Positions 62,958-64,000 of a stretch of DNA of 64,000 nucleotides are shown here, one piece after another (the first letter of the stretch is position 1; every line of letters begins with the position of its first letter). This DNA comes from Moniliella sp. 'wahieum' (lineage: Eukaryota): contig RSEE01000049.1 in NCBI GenBank assembly GCA_003971905.1, positions 248,001 to 312,000 of the forward strand, given 5' to 3'. The translations under genes and the position numbers were made by a program. The notes under the pieces were generated by a model. It did not search any database and was not told the DNA's origin. It worked only from the letters and a program-made list of their open reading frames with translations.

Positions 62958-62964
62958 TATATAA
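62958..62964 (+). promoter_or_regulatory. TATA box of the DDR48-like gene
   Basis: TATATAA 120 nt upstream of ATG 63078, followed by a CT-rich leader. Confidence 0.55.
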
Positions 62965-63077
62965 TCCCCCCGCCCGTCGTCCTTTTCCCACATCTCTTTC
63001 CCCCCACCCACCAGATCTTCTGGCACCTCCCTTTTCCAACTTTCTCTCTTCCGTTTCTTCTAGACAACACTTCAACC

Positions 63078-63821
63078 ATGGGCCTCTTGATTCTGTACGT
63101 GATCTACTCCCACGGTGCATACTGCTCCTTTCACCCCCTTGTACCCGTAGCCCCGCCCACGGATGCAGTCCGTCCTAACCGTCTTTCCCCCTAGGCAAAG
63201 CAATTCGCCGAGAACAAGGCACAGGAGAAGTTCGGCGGCAACAACAGCAACAACCAGTCTGGCGGCTACGGCGGTAACTCTGGCTCGGACTCGTACGGGT
63301 CGGGCAACTCTGGCTCAGACTCGTACGGCTCGGGTAACCAGTCGAGCGGCTTTGGTGGCAACTCCGGATCGGACTCGTACGGATCGGGCAACCAGTCGAG
63401 CGGCTTCGGTGGCAACTCCGGATCGGACTCGTACGGTTCCGGCAACCAGTCTGGTGGCTACGGTGGTAACTCGGGCTCGGACTCGTTCGGCTCGGGTAAC
63501 CAGTCGAGCGGCTTCGGAGGCAACTCTGGCTCGGACTCGTACGGTTCCGGCAACCAGTCTGGTGGCTATGGTGGCAACTCTGGTGGCTACGGTGGCAACT
63601 CTGGCTCGGACTCGTACGGGTCCGGCAACCAGTCCGGCGGCTTTGGCAGCAACTCGGGCTCGGACTCATACGGATCCGGCAATCAGTCCGGCGGCTTCGG
63701 TGGCAACTCGGGCGGTGGCTATGGCTCGGGCAACCAGTCTGGCGGCTACGGCGGCAACTCTGGTGGCGGCTCGTACGGATCTGGCAACCAGGGCGGCTAT
63801 GGCGGCAACAGTGGCTTCTAA
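63078..63821 (+). CDS. DDR48-like G/S/N/Y-rich stress protein (~214 aa)
   Basis: Exon 1 63078-63094 (one base apparently missing; MGLLDS), intron 63095-63194 (GTACGT...CTAAC...TAG), exon 2 AKQFAENKAQEKFGG followed by 54-nt repeats encoding GNQSGGYGGNSGSDSYGS up to TAA at 63819-63821. Confidence 0.8.
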
Positions 63822-64000
63822 ATCTAAAGAAGCTAACTGGAGGCCTCGTGACGGCCCATGGACGTCTTGCTATGCTTTGGTCGCCTGAATGTATTGATCC
63901 TGTTCGCTGAATAGAGTAGAAATGATTCCGTGTGCGTCGACAGGAGTGTCTAGAGTGATATATAGTTTGGCTTGTCAACGTTAGGATTCGTGCTCATGTT

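Noticed and set aside
63163..63978. ORFs 63163-63888 (+) and 63175-63978 (-)
   Set aside because: Wrong-frame and antisense readings of the DDR48-like repeat; synonymous variation fits the G/S/N/Y frame.

Overview
Eukaryotic, fungal DNA, most likely a GC-rich basidiomycete (Ustilaginomycotina-like). This is inferred from compact genes, few short GT-AG introns with GTACGT/GTATGT/GTGCGT donors and CTAAC/CTGAC branch points. Almost every GC-rich gene is broken by single-base indels, including essential ones (RPN6, RPN7, PRP28), so these are most likely assembly errors and genes were reconstructed across frames. Recognisable genes: intron-containing tRNA-Val(CAC); Num1/ApsA cortical dynein anchor; ATG5; a divergent glutamate-cysteine-ligase-like gene; an actinobacterial-type APH-like kinase; head-to-head RPN7/RPN6; an Aur1/Ipt1-family transferase; a secreted CalA/LIP lipase; a large E/P/A 'PEVK' repeat protein; a VxF...YDR/LGGF protein; Prp4 kinase; an HSF-domain factor; PRP28; and a DDR48-like protein that the ORF track misses. 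Transposon relics: at least four CRE/RLE-type non-LTR fragments, a 328-bp non-autonomous Helitron, degraded Helitron-like helicase fragments, a ~600-bp inverted repeat pair and a gag fragment. Most notable observations: (1) intergenic DNA is studded with arrays of short palindromes joined by T-N-A junctions, mostly at 7-nt period and with many different cores; (2) the GCL paralog keeps its metal ligands but appears to have replaced the glutamate alpha-carboxylate ligands, and it sits next to the bacterial-like kinase.
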